Of a stretch of 64,000 bases of DNA, positions 14,596-27,694 are shown piece by piece. The stretch lies in NCBI GenBank assembly GCA_038087875.1, contig JAXLNO010002632.1:62001-126000 (forward strand), written 5' to 3'. The notes below the pieces were generated by a model. That model was not told the DNA's origin and searched no databases. It was given only the letters and a program-made list of their open reading frames with translations. This stretch comes from Malacoraja senta. Taxonomy: Eukaryota. Within the stretch, counting starts at the first letter, position 1, and each line of letters starts with the position of its first letter. The position numbers and the translations under genes are program-made.

Positions 14596-14889
14596 TTAGT
14601 TTAGTTTAGTTTCGAGATACGGCTTGGAACCAGGCCGTTCAGCCCACCGAGTCCGCAGCAACCAACTATCCCAGCACATTAACACTATCCTACACACATT
14701 AGGGGCAATTTACACTTATACCAAGCCAATTACGTCTTTGGAGTGTGGGAGGAAACTGAAGATCTCGGAGAAAACCCACGCGGTCACAGAATGTACAAAC
14801 TCCGTACCGACAGCACCCGTAGTCGAGACCCGGGTCTCTGGTGCTGCAAGCGCTGTAAGACAGCAACTCTACCGCTGCCACCGTGCCAC
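14596..14889 (-). mobile_element. HE1-type SINE
   Basis: Same consensus with a (TTTAG)n tail on the plus strand. Confidence 0.85.
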
Positions 14890-15404
14890 AATGTGTATGA
14901 GTCTTTTGGCTGATGCATTAGCTTTGAAAGTCCCAAATGAACTAAAAGCTCCTGGTGATATATGGTGAATTTTTGCAAACTCCAGTCACATTATCAATAA
15001 AATATTGGCCTGAGCCCCAGGTCACTCTCTCATTGAAATTTTTTTTTTTAAATTTATATTGTCTAAATCAAAATCAATGAATAATATTTAATGAGAAAAA
15101 CATAAAAGTACAAGTAATTGGAGAAGGATTAAACTACCCAGTCTCAAGGTGTTCCACTATTAAATGTTATGCCCGATCTGATCATAGCCTAAGACCATGG
15201 AACTCCATAGATTCTTCATGAAACATCATTGAAAATACTACAATATATGTTTTATATATTTAAGTGTAATGTAAAAATGGAACATCCTTTACTGATTACC
15301 CAATTTATCCTTTCACAGATTAGGAGTTAATGCTTGTATACCAGTTAGCAAGGGAACGTGTGATTTTAAGTGAAACATGCAGAATTAAAATTTTGGTTCA
15401 CACG

Positions 15405-16119
15405 GGACCCACAGTCCCGTTTATATCAACGGGTCGATGGTGGAAAGGGTCAAGAACTTCAAATTCCTGGGCGTGCATATTTCCGAAGATCTCTCCTGGT
15501 CCCAGAACACTGATGCAATCATAAAGAAAGCACATCAGCGCCTCTACTTCCTGAGAAGATTACGGAGAGTCAGTATGTCAAGGACTCTCTCGAACTTCTA
15601 CGGTGCACAGTAGAGACCAGGCTGACCGGTTGCATCGTGGCTTGGTACGGCAACCTGAGCGTCCAGGAGCGGAAAAGACTGAAAAAAGTTGTAAACACTG
15701 CCCAGTCCATCATTGGCTCTGACCTCCCTACCATCGAGGGGATCTATCGCAGTTGCTGCCTCAAAAGGGCTGCCAGCATCATCAAGGTCCCACACCATCC
15801 TGGCCATACACTCATATCTCCGCTGCCATCAGGTAGGAGGTACAGCTGCCTGAAATCTGCAACATCCAGGTTCAGGAACAGCTACTTCCCCACAGCCATC
15901 AGAATATTAAACACAACTTCAAACAAACGCTGAACTATAGCAGCCTATTGCACTTTTTATTTATGTGTGTATATATATATTCTATGGTATATGGACACAC
16001 TGGTCTGATCTGATTTTATGCCTACAATATTCTGTTGTGCCAACAATGTTGTGCTGCAGCAAACAAGAATTCCATTGTCCTATCTGGGACACATGACAAT
16101 AAACGGACTTGACTTGACT
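15405..16119 (+). mobile_element. Rex1/Babar LINE 3' fragment
   Basis: VERVKNFKFLGVHISEDLSW, KKAHQRLYFLRRL, HPGHTLISPLPSGRRY, RFRNSYFPTAIRILN and a (CTTGA)n tail. Confidence 0.88.
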
Positions 16120-16777
16120 AAGTGAATCAATATCTTATTTGTTAGTTGGTGGGCTGTGGGAGTGGGACACCCGTTGTACTTTTTTGCATTGTTGGGCTCA
16201 AAAGCACCATCACTTCAAACTCCAATGAGTAAATGACAAACAGTGACACAGATTGACATAATTACAATTCTGAATTCATCAGGAAATGTAATTTTTTTTT
16301 AGCAGAGGGCTGATCCTCTTTGTCCTTCCAATCCGAAGCGTGTTTTACTTTAACATGACCCATCTGCTCTAAAATGGTTTTATTGGTAACATTTGAGGGC
16401 TGGTTTATCTCAAAGAAGCATACATTCCTACAGTCCAATTGAATATACACAGGAATGACATGCTACATCAAACGATTGGTGTAAAGATAAAACATGTTTA
16501 GTTTGTGTTATTTTACTGCATTCAAGTGATTTGGCCAGTTGATCATTGTTATTTTAAGAATGTTATGGCAGTAACTGAAGTTCTCTTCACAGTAAAGTGC
16601 AAATCTTAAGTTGTAAAAGGTAATTAACTAGGATTTCATTAATCAAAATGCAGCATTGTGTTGCAATTTAATTTTGTGCTATGGATAGATGGTGAGCTGA
16701 AATATCTAAATGGCTCAAATGATAGGCTGGAGATAAATCTTATTTAGTAGCATCCAGAAATGAAATTCATTGGCTGG

Positions 16778-17096
16778 TATTGATTGATTGAAAGATACAA
16801 CATGGAAAGAGGTTCTTCAGCCCACCGAGTGCACGCTGACCATCGATCACATTAGTTTGATATTATCCCACATTCACATCCACTCCCTACACACTAAGGG
16901 CAATTTATAGAGGCCAATTAACCTACAAACATACAGGTCTTTAGGATGCAGGAGGAAAGCAGAGCACCTGGAGGAAATCCACATGGTCACACGGAGAATG
17001 TGTACACTCCATATAGACAGCACCCACAGTCAGGATTGAACCCAGGACTCTGGCACTGTACTATAGCAGCTTTACCAGCTGCATCACTTTGCCGCC
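16778..17096 (-). mobile_element. HE1-type SINE
   Basis: Same consensus with an (ATTG)n tail. Confidence 0.8.
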
Positions 17097-17387
17097 CTGT
17101 ATACCTGATTGTGACAACTGATGGAATGAATAATTATACTTAACTCCGTGGGCTTCTATTGTACACCTGAGATCTTATATCAATATAGTGCAACCAGACA
17201 TTTCACCGCAATGTGTCTCTGTTGGAAAATTCTCAACACATCCTTCGAAGTGTTTGCCATTTAAACAGCAAGCTCATAATACTTAAAATGATCCATGATT
17301 TATTCCTTTAATAATACACACGAAGATTAATAGTCACAGCTGGTAATGGTTTAATTTCTCCAAGATATGCAGTTTGCCAAACACCAT

Positions 17388-17510
17388 GACATAGGAACAG
17401 AATTAGGCCATTCAGCCCATCGAGTCTACTCCGCCATTCAATCATGGCTGATCTATTTTTCCCTCTCAACCCCATTCTTCTGTCTTCTCCCCATAACTTT
17501 CTAATCAAGA
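17388..17510 (-). mobile_element. CR1 3' end
   Basis: AATTAGGCCATTCAGCCCATCGAGTCTACTCCGCCATTCAATCATGGCTGATC. Confidence 0.75.
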
Positions 17511-20500
17511 AATATTGGATTTTAAAACTGGAGTGGACTCCATGGAAGGAAACTGAAGCTGCTGGTGATGAAAGACAATTTTAGAAGGTACACTCCAATA
17601 AATGTTAGGTATTCGTTTGAGTAGCCAAAGAAACCTGATCCTAGGACACTTCTCGGCTTCCTTGTGACCCGCACTATCAGCTCTATAAAGCTGTATTTCC
17701 CACTGGGGTAATCAATATCTGCACTTAACAAATCAAAAATGCTGCTCTAAAAGACAAGCATGCTCAACTAAACTAAGATCTATATGTTTCTCCTGAATTT
17801 AAGTGCTTCATTTATTTTATCAGCAGTCAAATGGCATTTGACAGTTGCCATGGTGATTGAGTAATGGTGCAGACAATGGTAAGTTATCACTAGACAATTC
17901 ACATAAAGAACTGAATACAAAATGAAGTTGATTTGAATTAATAGCTGTTAGAAGAATGTTAAAGGTCTTATATTGATGCATTCTCTGGGGCAGGTTAAGA
18001 AACCCTGCAGAAATAGGCATAACAACCTTTCAAAGGTTGACTACAATGTTCAAAAGATTGTGTTTTTATTTTGTTGGGCTTAATGGTAATTTCCTTCCGG
18101 GGATGAATAAAGTTTTATCGTATCGTAAATCAATTCTGAAATATATTTTGTTAATTGTGTCTTTTTTACAATTCCCACTGTCACACTTTTTTGCAATTCC
18201 CTTTCCAGAACCAAGACAGTCATTGAGTTACAAGGTGGAATCAACTGGAATAAAAGCAACTCTGTATCATTACTAGGAGAAACAATCTGTGGCCAGAGCA
18301 ATGAAGGTACAGTTTTTTTTATTTTACTCCTCTGAATTTATCACAGAAATTGACTGCATTTTGCACATCCTGTGCAAACGAATCCAGCCGAATTCTACTT
18401 CCTAGTTCTCGCTTCATAACACAACATATCGAGTGCTGACCCAGCTTTTTGAATATTTCAATCACTGCCGTCCTTTTAGGCAGTGAGGTTTGGACTCCAT
18501 AATATCTTCATCTTAATTAATTTACGGGGAGTACATATTTCAAGAAGGTGAGCTACTTCCTTGATGCATTAAACTTGTGTGGCGATGGGATGTTCTTAAC
18601 TCCCCACTTATCCTTAAATCTGTAACCCCTAGTTATTCACTTCCTTGCTAGGGGAAACCAATGCCTCCTATCCACTCTATTTCAGACTCTCATCATTTGT
18701 ACTTCTCATTTATAAAATCATAAATAATTTTTTGGTTGAATTTAATGAGGTTTAGTTTATTATGCAACTAGGAGGAGCAGGGTCTGAATAAATAAATTAC
18801 TGCTGGATCCCTCAATGTGCTACTAACAATGAAAATGGATGGTCATTATCAAAGCTTTTTTACAGTCATGAGCTACACATGTTGAAAATGTATTTGAATA
18901 ATTTCTTTCTTTCCCACCTATAGTATATGCCAATGTTTTTCTGACATGAAACATGTACAATCATCTTTGGTTCTTCATTTAACATTCAATTAGGTACACA
19001 AAGGTGTGTTCAAAAAATTGGGTTTGATTCATTGATCTTTGCCAAGCTTTTCTATCTGGACAGATTTATGTATGCCCCAATCACACCTTACAATAGCATA
19101 GTTATGTGAAGTTGGGAAACACGGAAATAAACATTATCCTATCATCCCACAAATATACTCCGAGGTTGGGTTAAGGGGCTATTTTGGGAAAAGGTAGAAT
19201 GATCATTCTTTGTGTTAATATTCAACTGATATCTTCATCTTAATTCATTTAGGGAATATGGGTATCTCAAGAGTTTAAGTTGCCTTCTTAATCCATTACA
19301 GTGCTGTGAAAATACTCTGAGAGTGATGTCAGTTGGTTAGTTCTTAAATTTTGATCCAGTAACAATTTAAGAAAGGCAAAATGTGTCAAAGTCAAAATGG
19401 TCTGTGGCCTAAATAAGAACTTAATGTTAATGGTGCTGTTTCTAAAGGCTTGTTGCCATGGCCTTTTATGTGGTAGACATTGCAAGTTTGGGACCTCAGA
19501 CTGCTTGATAATAATACTTTGTGCTGACATATTCCTTTTCCTATTTCATACTTATATTATCTTAATAATACCATGTTTCCAATTAGCACTTCCTAACATT
19601 TGTAATTGATTATTTGGGTTTCATGCAATTAATTGAATAATTTGTATCAGGAGGGGCCATTTTAGTCTAATTCTAATTAATTTTTCAAATAGCTGTAATT
19701 GACCTACAAAAATAAATTAGAAATAATGCCATGAAAATAGTTGAAGAACATGAAGATTATCACTGGGAAAAGAGAGAAACAGAAAAGAACAATATGACGT
19801 GGTGACTATTCCATGTTTCCAGATTTCTTTTTTTCCACATACTCATTTTTGTTTTTAAACTGGCAAGGCAGGGCATAAACCCAAGTGTTGCCCAAGTGTT
19901 TAAGTGATTACCCTGTAAAACAAAATATTGAAGATTACAACAAAATAATGATACAGCCAGTCTCAATTTTGGAGGCAGAGAAATTATTACAACCTGGAAT
20001 TTAACAAGTAAATTAACAAATATTGCAGAAAATCCATTCAATTACATTTTTTAAAACTTTAATTTTTTATGTATCTGTATATAGACATCTAATTATTTCC
20101 CATAACATTATTCAGTAAGCAGATTTCAATCAAATCATCCTATGATGCTGCTTAATCTGAATTTTACAAAAAAACATGGTAATTTCCTATTTCTGATAAC
20201 AATTTGCATCAATTACTGATGAGTCAATTAATTTGGAAGAAATTTAATTAATGACAAGTTCTACATAAAGGACTTTGTGATACAGCCAGAATATGAACTG
20301 TTTATAAAATTGAATATTTTTCTTCATGTTTTTAAATTATGTTACCAGCAAGATTTTGGATATGTTTAGCCTACGAGTTTAATAGATAACTGAACTCCCA
20401 AATAACTTTGCAGTAGTTATTCAAAAATGGTTTTGAGATTTTACTATATCACCATTTTCTAATTCTGAATTAGAAAATGAGATTTGCATCCACACATAAA

Positions 20501-21049
20501 TAATATTTTTGTAAAAAAAACGTTATAAATAGTATAGTTTGCCAAAAGTATAGCAATTATTCAATAATTTTGAGTATAGAAATGTCAGTTTGTTAACTCA
20601 TTGTTGAATATTACGAAAGGGGAAAGATTCACGTTTGGTCAGAGATTTTAACGTTGTAACCAACTACTGCTTGTAGAATGTAGAAAGGGTATGTCAGTCA
20701 GGCTTTAAAAGATCTAAAGAAGACTGGAAAAGATTAAAGATAAAGGTTGCCTGCTGTTAAAATAAAAATTCTCAGTTCTCTTAAATAATTCACATGCTCT
20801 TAATGTTTGATAACAATTCATTACTGAACGTTTATTTAAGGAGTCATGAAAATTCCATCAGATTTAAGAAAAAGCTTTAAATGGTTTTCTATGTAGTGGT
20901 GATACATAACTATTCTATCATGTATTAGAATAACGCATCTTGTGTTGACTCCAGAGAGATTTAATGTAATATTAATTCTGTTGTTCATGTACAAATGTTG
21001 ACTGAAATGCTGAGGTTTTTCATTTATTTTGTTTCTGAATTTTATTTTA

Positions 21050-21420
21050 AGATATGGGGTGGTCTTACAGAGGTGTATAAAATCATGAGGGACATAGTGT
21101 GAATGCACACAGTCTTTTCCTCAGAGTTTGGGAATGAAGAACTAGAGGCCGTAGATTTAAGATGAGAGCGGAAAGATTTAATGGGAACCCCAAGGGCAAC
21201 TATGTCATGCAAAAGGTGACACTCATGAATGAGCTGCTAGAGGAAGTGGTTGATGCAGGTACAATAACAACATTTAAGGGAAATTTGGATAGGGAAACAT
21301 GGATAGGAATGGTTTGGAGGAATATGGGTCAAATGCATGTAAGTGGGCCTAACATATATGGACATCTTGGTCAGTGTGGACGAGTTGGTTAAAATATTTC
21401 CAGGATGTTTGATTCTATAT
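21050..21420 (+). mobile_element. CR1 3' fragment
   Basis: Degenerate EVYKIMRDI / NELLEEVVDAGTITTFK and 3' UTR. Confidence 0.75.
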
Positions 21421-23285
21421 ATCTACTCTTCTAAGTATCTAATTCCAGACTAACAATTTTTTCACTGCAAATATTTTATATAATTTGCCCTAGGCTGTGT
21501 TTGGATAATTATACAAACCTTTCGCAGGTCTGTTCTTGCTCTGTATGCTGCTTTCAACTTGGGAGACAGAATATCCAAGCACGTTGATATGGTAGCAAAG
21601 GAAAAAACAGGAATGGGTTTAATACTTTTTGATCATGGTTCTATGAGCAGTAAGAAGATTGAATGACTGCCATTAGGAAAGAAAGGAATGTGTTTCAGAC
21701 CAGATGCTATCTGGCCTGCTGAGTATTAAAACGTTTTTCTGTTTTTATTTAAGGTGCATTGAGAGGTTAATATCCTTGAAGTACTTACTGAGTTGATCAG
21801 TAGAAGATCTTGGTATGGTGCATATTAACATTAACTGCACTGTTTAAAAAAAGTACTACATCCAGCATGTTGGAAGAGCTGAACTGCCCCAATTAGGACA
21901 GAGTTTTGATTTGCAACTGATAGTAGGAAATTTGATCTTGTATCAGGTTTGATGCTCTTTATTTTCCTCCGTTTATAGAGTTTCTTACTAAAGTAAGGAG
22001 GTTTTAATCTCATCACTAAACCCATGAATGTTTCATTTTCTATGTACACATCAGAATATCAGAAAACATTTATTCCCCCCCCCCTTCCCTCCCTTCACCC
22101 CCATTTAGTAAATTGGATGTACCATCCCGCAGAATAAATCGAATCATGCAAAAGCTACACCTGGCAGTGTGATTTCTATGTATGCATCTTAAAATTGTTC
22201 CCTCAAATAACACGAATACCAGCTTATCCAAACACTGTATAAGACAATATTAACTAGTTATTCTGCAGTTCATAGCACTTTGTTACAAAAAAGTAGTGTT
22301 AGAGATTGAAAAATAGTGGTCAAAATTGCAACGACTTGGAAGAGAAATGAACATCACACTATTTATCAAGAATTGGAAACACCAGTATCATTTCAATGTT
22401 TGTGTAATATTTGAAATATTACAATCCACAAATAATCTCCCTTTAAATTAAGCAAATGTAAATGGGTTTGTGTAACAAATAGTGTGATGAAGTCAGGTTT
22501 TTATCATTTCAGACCAAAACCAAGTTTATCTTTAAATTGTCAATAACATGAATTGGGAATTATAATAAAGCGGTCGGTGCGTTATCATTAAAATAGTCTG
22601 TACATTATTGATTAAAACCTGTTTACCAGGAAAGCAAATAGACCATAAGATAGCTTGCACTTCATTAGCAAACTTGTCAACAGGGAATAAAATCTGTACA
22701 ATTACAAAATGTGGACTCAAAATGGATGTTCACAAACCCCTTGTAAAATGTGCTGTAAAAGAGAGAATTTGATTCCTTTTAATCACATGTCCATAGGTTG
22801 TTGGTTATAAATAGTGGCACAGAATTCAATACTAGAGAGTCCAAACATTTGTTTCTTTTTCTAGTTTTCAACATTCAGTCCATTGCATTGATAGTGGCTG
22901 ATCTTCCCAGGCTGGCAGTCAATGACCTTGAGAAGAAACAGTAGTTGGACAAGGTACCAAATATATATTCTAACCTTATTACATAGTACAATATCTGTGA
23001 AAATATATTACAGATCCGTGGATGTAGTCGACGAGGTCTATTGAGTTTAACATAATGTTATTTATTTAAAAGCATATTTAATTGTAATTTAATTAATTGA
23101 AAAAATACAAACTATAAACACTGAAAATCTAAGCTGAAAAGATTTAAATTGATCAATTAAATTAAAATATAGAAACCCATTTGGCTCAGTATCAATACCA
23201 GTATTGTGCCTTAACTACAATGGTCTACTTCAATTTCACTGCTTTTGAATTATACCCATAGAAATATAAACAAGGCAGACAGAAT

Positions 23286-23416
23286 CTGAAAGAAAAAAAC
23301 GAAAGTTACAATTTCAATTAAACTAGGCTAGTTCTTGGGTGTGTGATTATCTAATAACTCTATATTTTGAAGCTTTGATTTTACTTTGAACAAAACGTAT
23401 ACCAAATTATTCTTAC
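23286..23416 (-). other. SCN3B: Probable intron in the SCN3B 3' UTR; the terminal exon would begin at 23285 and extend toward lower coordinates
   Basis: Donor TG|GTAAGA 30 nt after the stop codon. Strong acceptor ctttcgtttttttctttcag 131 nt later. Candidate AATAAA (plus-strand tttatt) at about 23061 and 22069; the true 3' end cannot be determined. Confidence 0.7.
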
Positions 23417-23446
23417 CAATACATCCTAGATCCAAAGCAAATGTTT

Positions 23447-23513
23447 CTATTCCTCCACAGGAACGGTTGACTGTTTCTCTTTGTTTCCAGAGGGTATTGC
23501 CAGATAGTCTGCC
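23447..23513 (-). CDS. SCN3B: SCN3B coding exon 5 (cytoplasmic tail ADYLAIPSGNKEKQSTVPVEE*)
   Basis: Acceptor acctttacag, phase 2, stop TAG at 23449-23447. DYLAIPS...VPVEE is the beta-3 C-terminus. Total CDS is 648 nt = 215 aa plus stop. Confidence 0.96.
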
Positions 23514-23885
23514 CTGTAAAGGTAATTGGATTGGAAATCAATTTGAATATCCAGAATGTCACATAATTTCATTGTGATTGCCTTGGACCTGGTCTACTAA
23601 AGACAAGCAAAACCATTCTCAGTTTTCATCCAGTAAGCATGAAATACCCAATGTTACCATTTTATTTGATGCAATTTCAAAAGAGCCAAGAATAATTAAA
23701 GTAAACATTAAAAAAAAGAATGAACAATGATACTGCACAAAATATAGTAAGGTCTAAATAAGAATGTAAAAATAACTATATATTTAATTACTTTAAGCAT
23801 CCAAGACATAGAAATTCAAGCACAACCAAAGAAATGCTGGAATATATTCCCTGTGATTGATTGGTTGGTCCTGTGATATTGGGAA

Positions 23886-23980
23886 TAGACACAAAATGCT
23901 GGGGTAACTCAGCGGCACAGGCAGCATCTCTGGAGAGAAGGAATGGGTGAGGTTTAAGGTCAAGACCCTTCTTCAGACTC
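23886..23980 (-). repeat. Penelope terminal-repeat fragment
   Basis: AGACACAAAATGCTGG...GCAGCATCTCTGGAGAGAAGGAATGGGTGA...CCCTTCTTCAGAC. Confidence 0.75.
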
Positions 23981-24441
23981 TGATATTGGAATGGGCCTAA
24001 TGTTCATGGAACCTGGGAAGAGGCATCTGAGAGTGGGCCAAAGCATTAGCGCAGTAGTTCTCATATAATTGTTCAGAGGGAGATCAGGTCAGGGATGCTA
24101 TCCGTTGTCTACAGTCAACTCAATCAACAATGACAGAGGCAGTTTACTTTGCATTTCTGTGGCTATATAAATGTGCCTGCCATTGGAGATCCTGATGAGG
24201 AGGTAAGGTGCCCCACATTCTACTAGCTTATTCTGAGTCCGCCTAAACTGCTAAGTTTTATGCAGATTGCTGTTGGTCAAACCACAGAGTCGTGAAACTT
24301 GCTCAGCGATTATTTTAGATCCTCAGTATACCATCTGCATTTATCAGGTGTTTAATGTTCTAAGAATAATATTAAATCCCTTTGACAATGCCTCAGCAAA
24401 ATCAGGCCCAAAACAAGTACACAATGTTCTGATGTTACTTA

Positions 24442-24642
<201 letters not shown>

Positions 24643-26004
24643 CTATATCGAGTTAAACTTTCTTCGGAATCTAATGTTATATTTTCATTTTCCCACTTTC
24701 TCTATTGGAATCGGAAGCTGTTCGAGATGATGGTTTGAAATTGATTAGATCCATTGCAATGGGATATGATTCACAGGTTTCATTGCTAAATATTTAGTCT
24801 GAAAGATGGCTGCTGCTGATAGTTTCAGGTTATGATTTGAAGTTGAAACCAAGTTGGTCCAGTATTTGCAGATGTAATGATGGTGAATTCATCATCATCA
24901 TCATGACACTAGAACTGACAGACATTATGGTATCTGGATGCGTGCAATGAACCACAAAATCCAAATGCCATTGTTAGTGATCTCCTGTTCCTCCAGAGGG
25001 AGCACTGTTGCAGTTTCTGGAAGTGTAATCATAAAATTAGTAAAATAGTGGCAGCTTTAATTTTCTATTTACAATCTAAATATGCAAGCGATTTGAAGAT
25101 TGAGCTTTGTTGAATGAGTTAAGTGAAATTTTAATGATATATTATTAACTGTAATACTGTAGGAGCCATTTATGATTAAGTTAATATATTATAGCCATGT
25201 CTAGATATTTCTAGTTTTATCTTTATTGTATGCTTGTGGGTGGGATTTGATATGTAGTAGGGCGTAGTAGGGAGGCTGGAGTAACCACAGAGATTGGGAT
25301 TCAGTTTAGCCTTGAGAGATGGTTGAGACAACAGTTTTTTTACCACTCTCACACGACTCTATACAACACGAAACGGATGAAACAGTTAGAAAGAATAAAA
25401 AGTTACAATTTGTATTTGAATAAGAAATACTTGATATAAATCATTTATTTGTTTGTACTACTTCAATAAAAGACCAATTAATCAAGAAACAATGACTGGG
25501 AGATTCGCTTTTGCTATAGACGAGTGCGTAAGCTATATATCTTCTACATCCCCGAGTAGTAATGGCAATCAAAAGTTGGACATTGGAAAGTTAAGAAATT
25601 GCCATTACAAATACCAAACAACTTCTCCGTCTTTGATTTTTGTGTGTGTGTGCATAGATTTTTACTTCACCAGAATAACATCCACAAATACTACTATTTT
25701 AAATTGTGTGTTTGATAATTCAGCTTCTATTTAGTCCCATGCATACGTCTATCTTAATTTTACTTATCAATGTTCACTGAAATACTAATTAAAATGTTCA
25801 GTCTTGAGGTTACAGGAGCCAAATGTAACTTAAAATTGCTGAGGTTCTAAATTCTGTTAGAGGTAACTTTTCCTTTCTATCATTTCCTGTTGCATGTTTA
25901 CTATCATTAAAGATATTTTGTAGATTTTAAAGGCGCATGTTGAAAGCTTCTGCCTTGAAGAAAGAGTCAAACCATCCAATTAAATAAACAATATAAGCAA
26001 GTAT

Positions 26005-26463
26005 ATCAGTGGGTTAGCATATGATGAGTATTTTACAGCACTGGGCCTCTTCTTGCTGGAGTTTAGAAGGTTGAGGGTGGACCTCATTGATACTTACAGA
26101 ATAATGAAAAGGATAGATAGAGTGGATGTGGAAAGGACGTTCTCACTGGTGGGACAGCCCAGGACCAGAGGTCATAGCCTCAGAATTAAAGGGCGCTCTT
26201 TTAGAAAGTAGGTGAGGAGGAGCTTCTTTCGTCAGAGGGTAGTTAATCTGTGGAACTCATTGTCACAGAGGGCTGTGGAGGCCAAGTCAGTGGCTATTTT
26301 TAAGGCAGAGATAGACAAATTCTTGATTAGAATGGGTGTCAAGGGTTATGGGGAGAAGGCAGGAAAATGGGATTAGGAGGCCGAGATCAGCCATGATTGA
26401 ATGTCAGAGTGGACTCGATGGGCCAAATGGCCTAATTCTACTCCTATAACTTGTGAACTTGTG
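26005..26463 (+). mobile_element. CR1 3' fragment
   Basis: LEFRRLRVDLIDTYRIMK...FFRQRVVNLWNSL and the 3' end GGCCAAATGGCCTAATTCT. Confidence 0.85.
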
Positions 26464-27468
26464 ATAATTTATTTTGTCCATACTCCATTGCCACTGAGGT
26501 GCCTTTTTGGAGGAATGTTGTAAATTTCTTCACAGCATTTCCTTTATTAAAATGGTGAAGTATTAATAAATTAAAGGGGTTCTACATCTACATTTCTAAA
26601 ACTCTTCAGGCGAACTGGATGAGTGTGATATACATATATAGGTTAACATAACATTTTAAAATGAAGAATGAGAAAGATGAATTAAAGTTCAAATGGCAAT
26701 AAATAGTTTACTCTTCATAAGTTTTCAATATACTGTAGTTAGAAATGGAAGAAATTGTAATTAATTCTGCAATAGAATATATTTTTAAAATGTTAAACTA
26801 GTCACTTAATTTGGTTATAATTGCTATACATAAATGAAGGATTAAATGTATTATTTTCCCGATTGCATACTTTGGACCCATTATACACCTGCTATTCTAA
26901 CTTGATAAACTGCAATTACATAATCGTATTTTTAGTTATGACTTCCTTCCCATGTTTTATCTCCTTCCCTTCCTTTAAACAACCATTTATTGACATTGCC
27001 CTCTTGCGAAAGTGGTGCTTTATGAGCTTGGACATAGTGTGTCAGGAGGTTTATTCCTTAGAACTCAGAATGAATCCTTGGATGGAGATCTAAAATATGC
27101 TGTTTTATTTTTGTATTTTATCCCAGGGGAGATCAGCAGCCAGCTGCTACCTGAACTGCAATTAGCCAATCCAGACAGGCTACAAATTGCTAGGTATGTC
27201 TTTAAGACTTAATGTTAACCTGTATGTGAAAACCAAAGTTAAAATTAATATTTAACAATGATGTTTCACAATTCAAATTGTAGCATTATCTATTCATTAG
27301 TTCTACTCAAGCCTTTGAATCATTATAGGTTTGTGGAGTATTCTACAAAACCTTTATCCATGAGAAGTGTTCAAAATGTTGGTGCCTTTCACAGGTTAAA
27401 CAATATTAACCATCAGTGTTGTGAACTAAATTCTGCAATTCTCAGCACACAGAACTTAATCTTCTCAC

Positions 27469-27694
27469 CGTCTTCATGTACTGTTAGCTGAACATCTTTC
27501 ACATCTGTCACAGAAGGTCTGTGTATCTTATAATTAAAATAGCGTTTGATCGTGCACCGGTACAAACCACTGTCGTTTAGGGTAACATTCACTATGGTTA
27601 TGGATACATCTTGCAGATCTTTACTTCCACTCCACAGAATTCTGCCCTGATAAGGTCCTTTTAGCCCTCGTGGCTCTCCGTTGAACTCATAAAT
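27469..27694 (-). CDS. SCN3B: SCN3B coding exon 3 (Ig C-half: IYEFNGEPRGLKGPYQGRILWSGSKDLQDVSITIVNVTLNDSGLYRCTIKRYFNYKIHRPSVTDVKDVQLTVHED)
   Basis: Acceptor gtctttgtgacag, donor G|GTGAGA, 226 nt, phase 0 to 1. Contains GSKDLQDVSI and NVTLNDSGLYxC. Translated by hand; not in the ORF track. Confidence 0.97.

Noticed and set aside
1-23000. 3' exons of GRAMD1B, the convergent neighbour of SCN3B in mammals, or of any other plus-strand gene
   Set aside because: Candidate acceptor-flanked segments (about 521, 6205, 13931) translate to nothing I recognise, and no GRAMD1B C-terminal motifs were found by eye.
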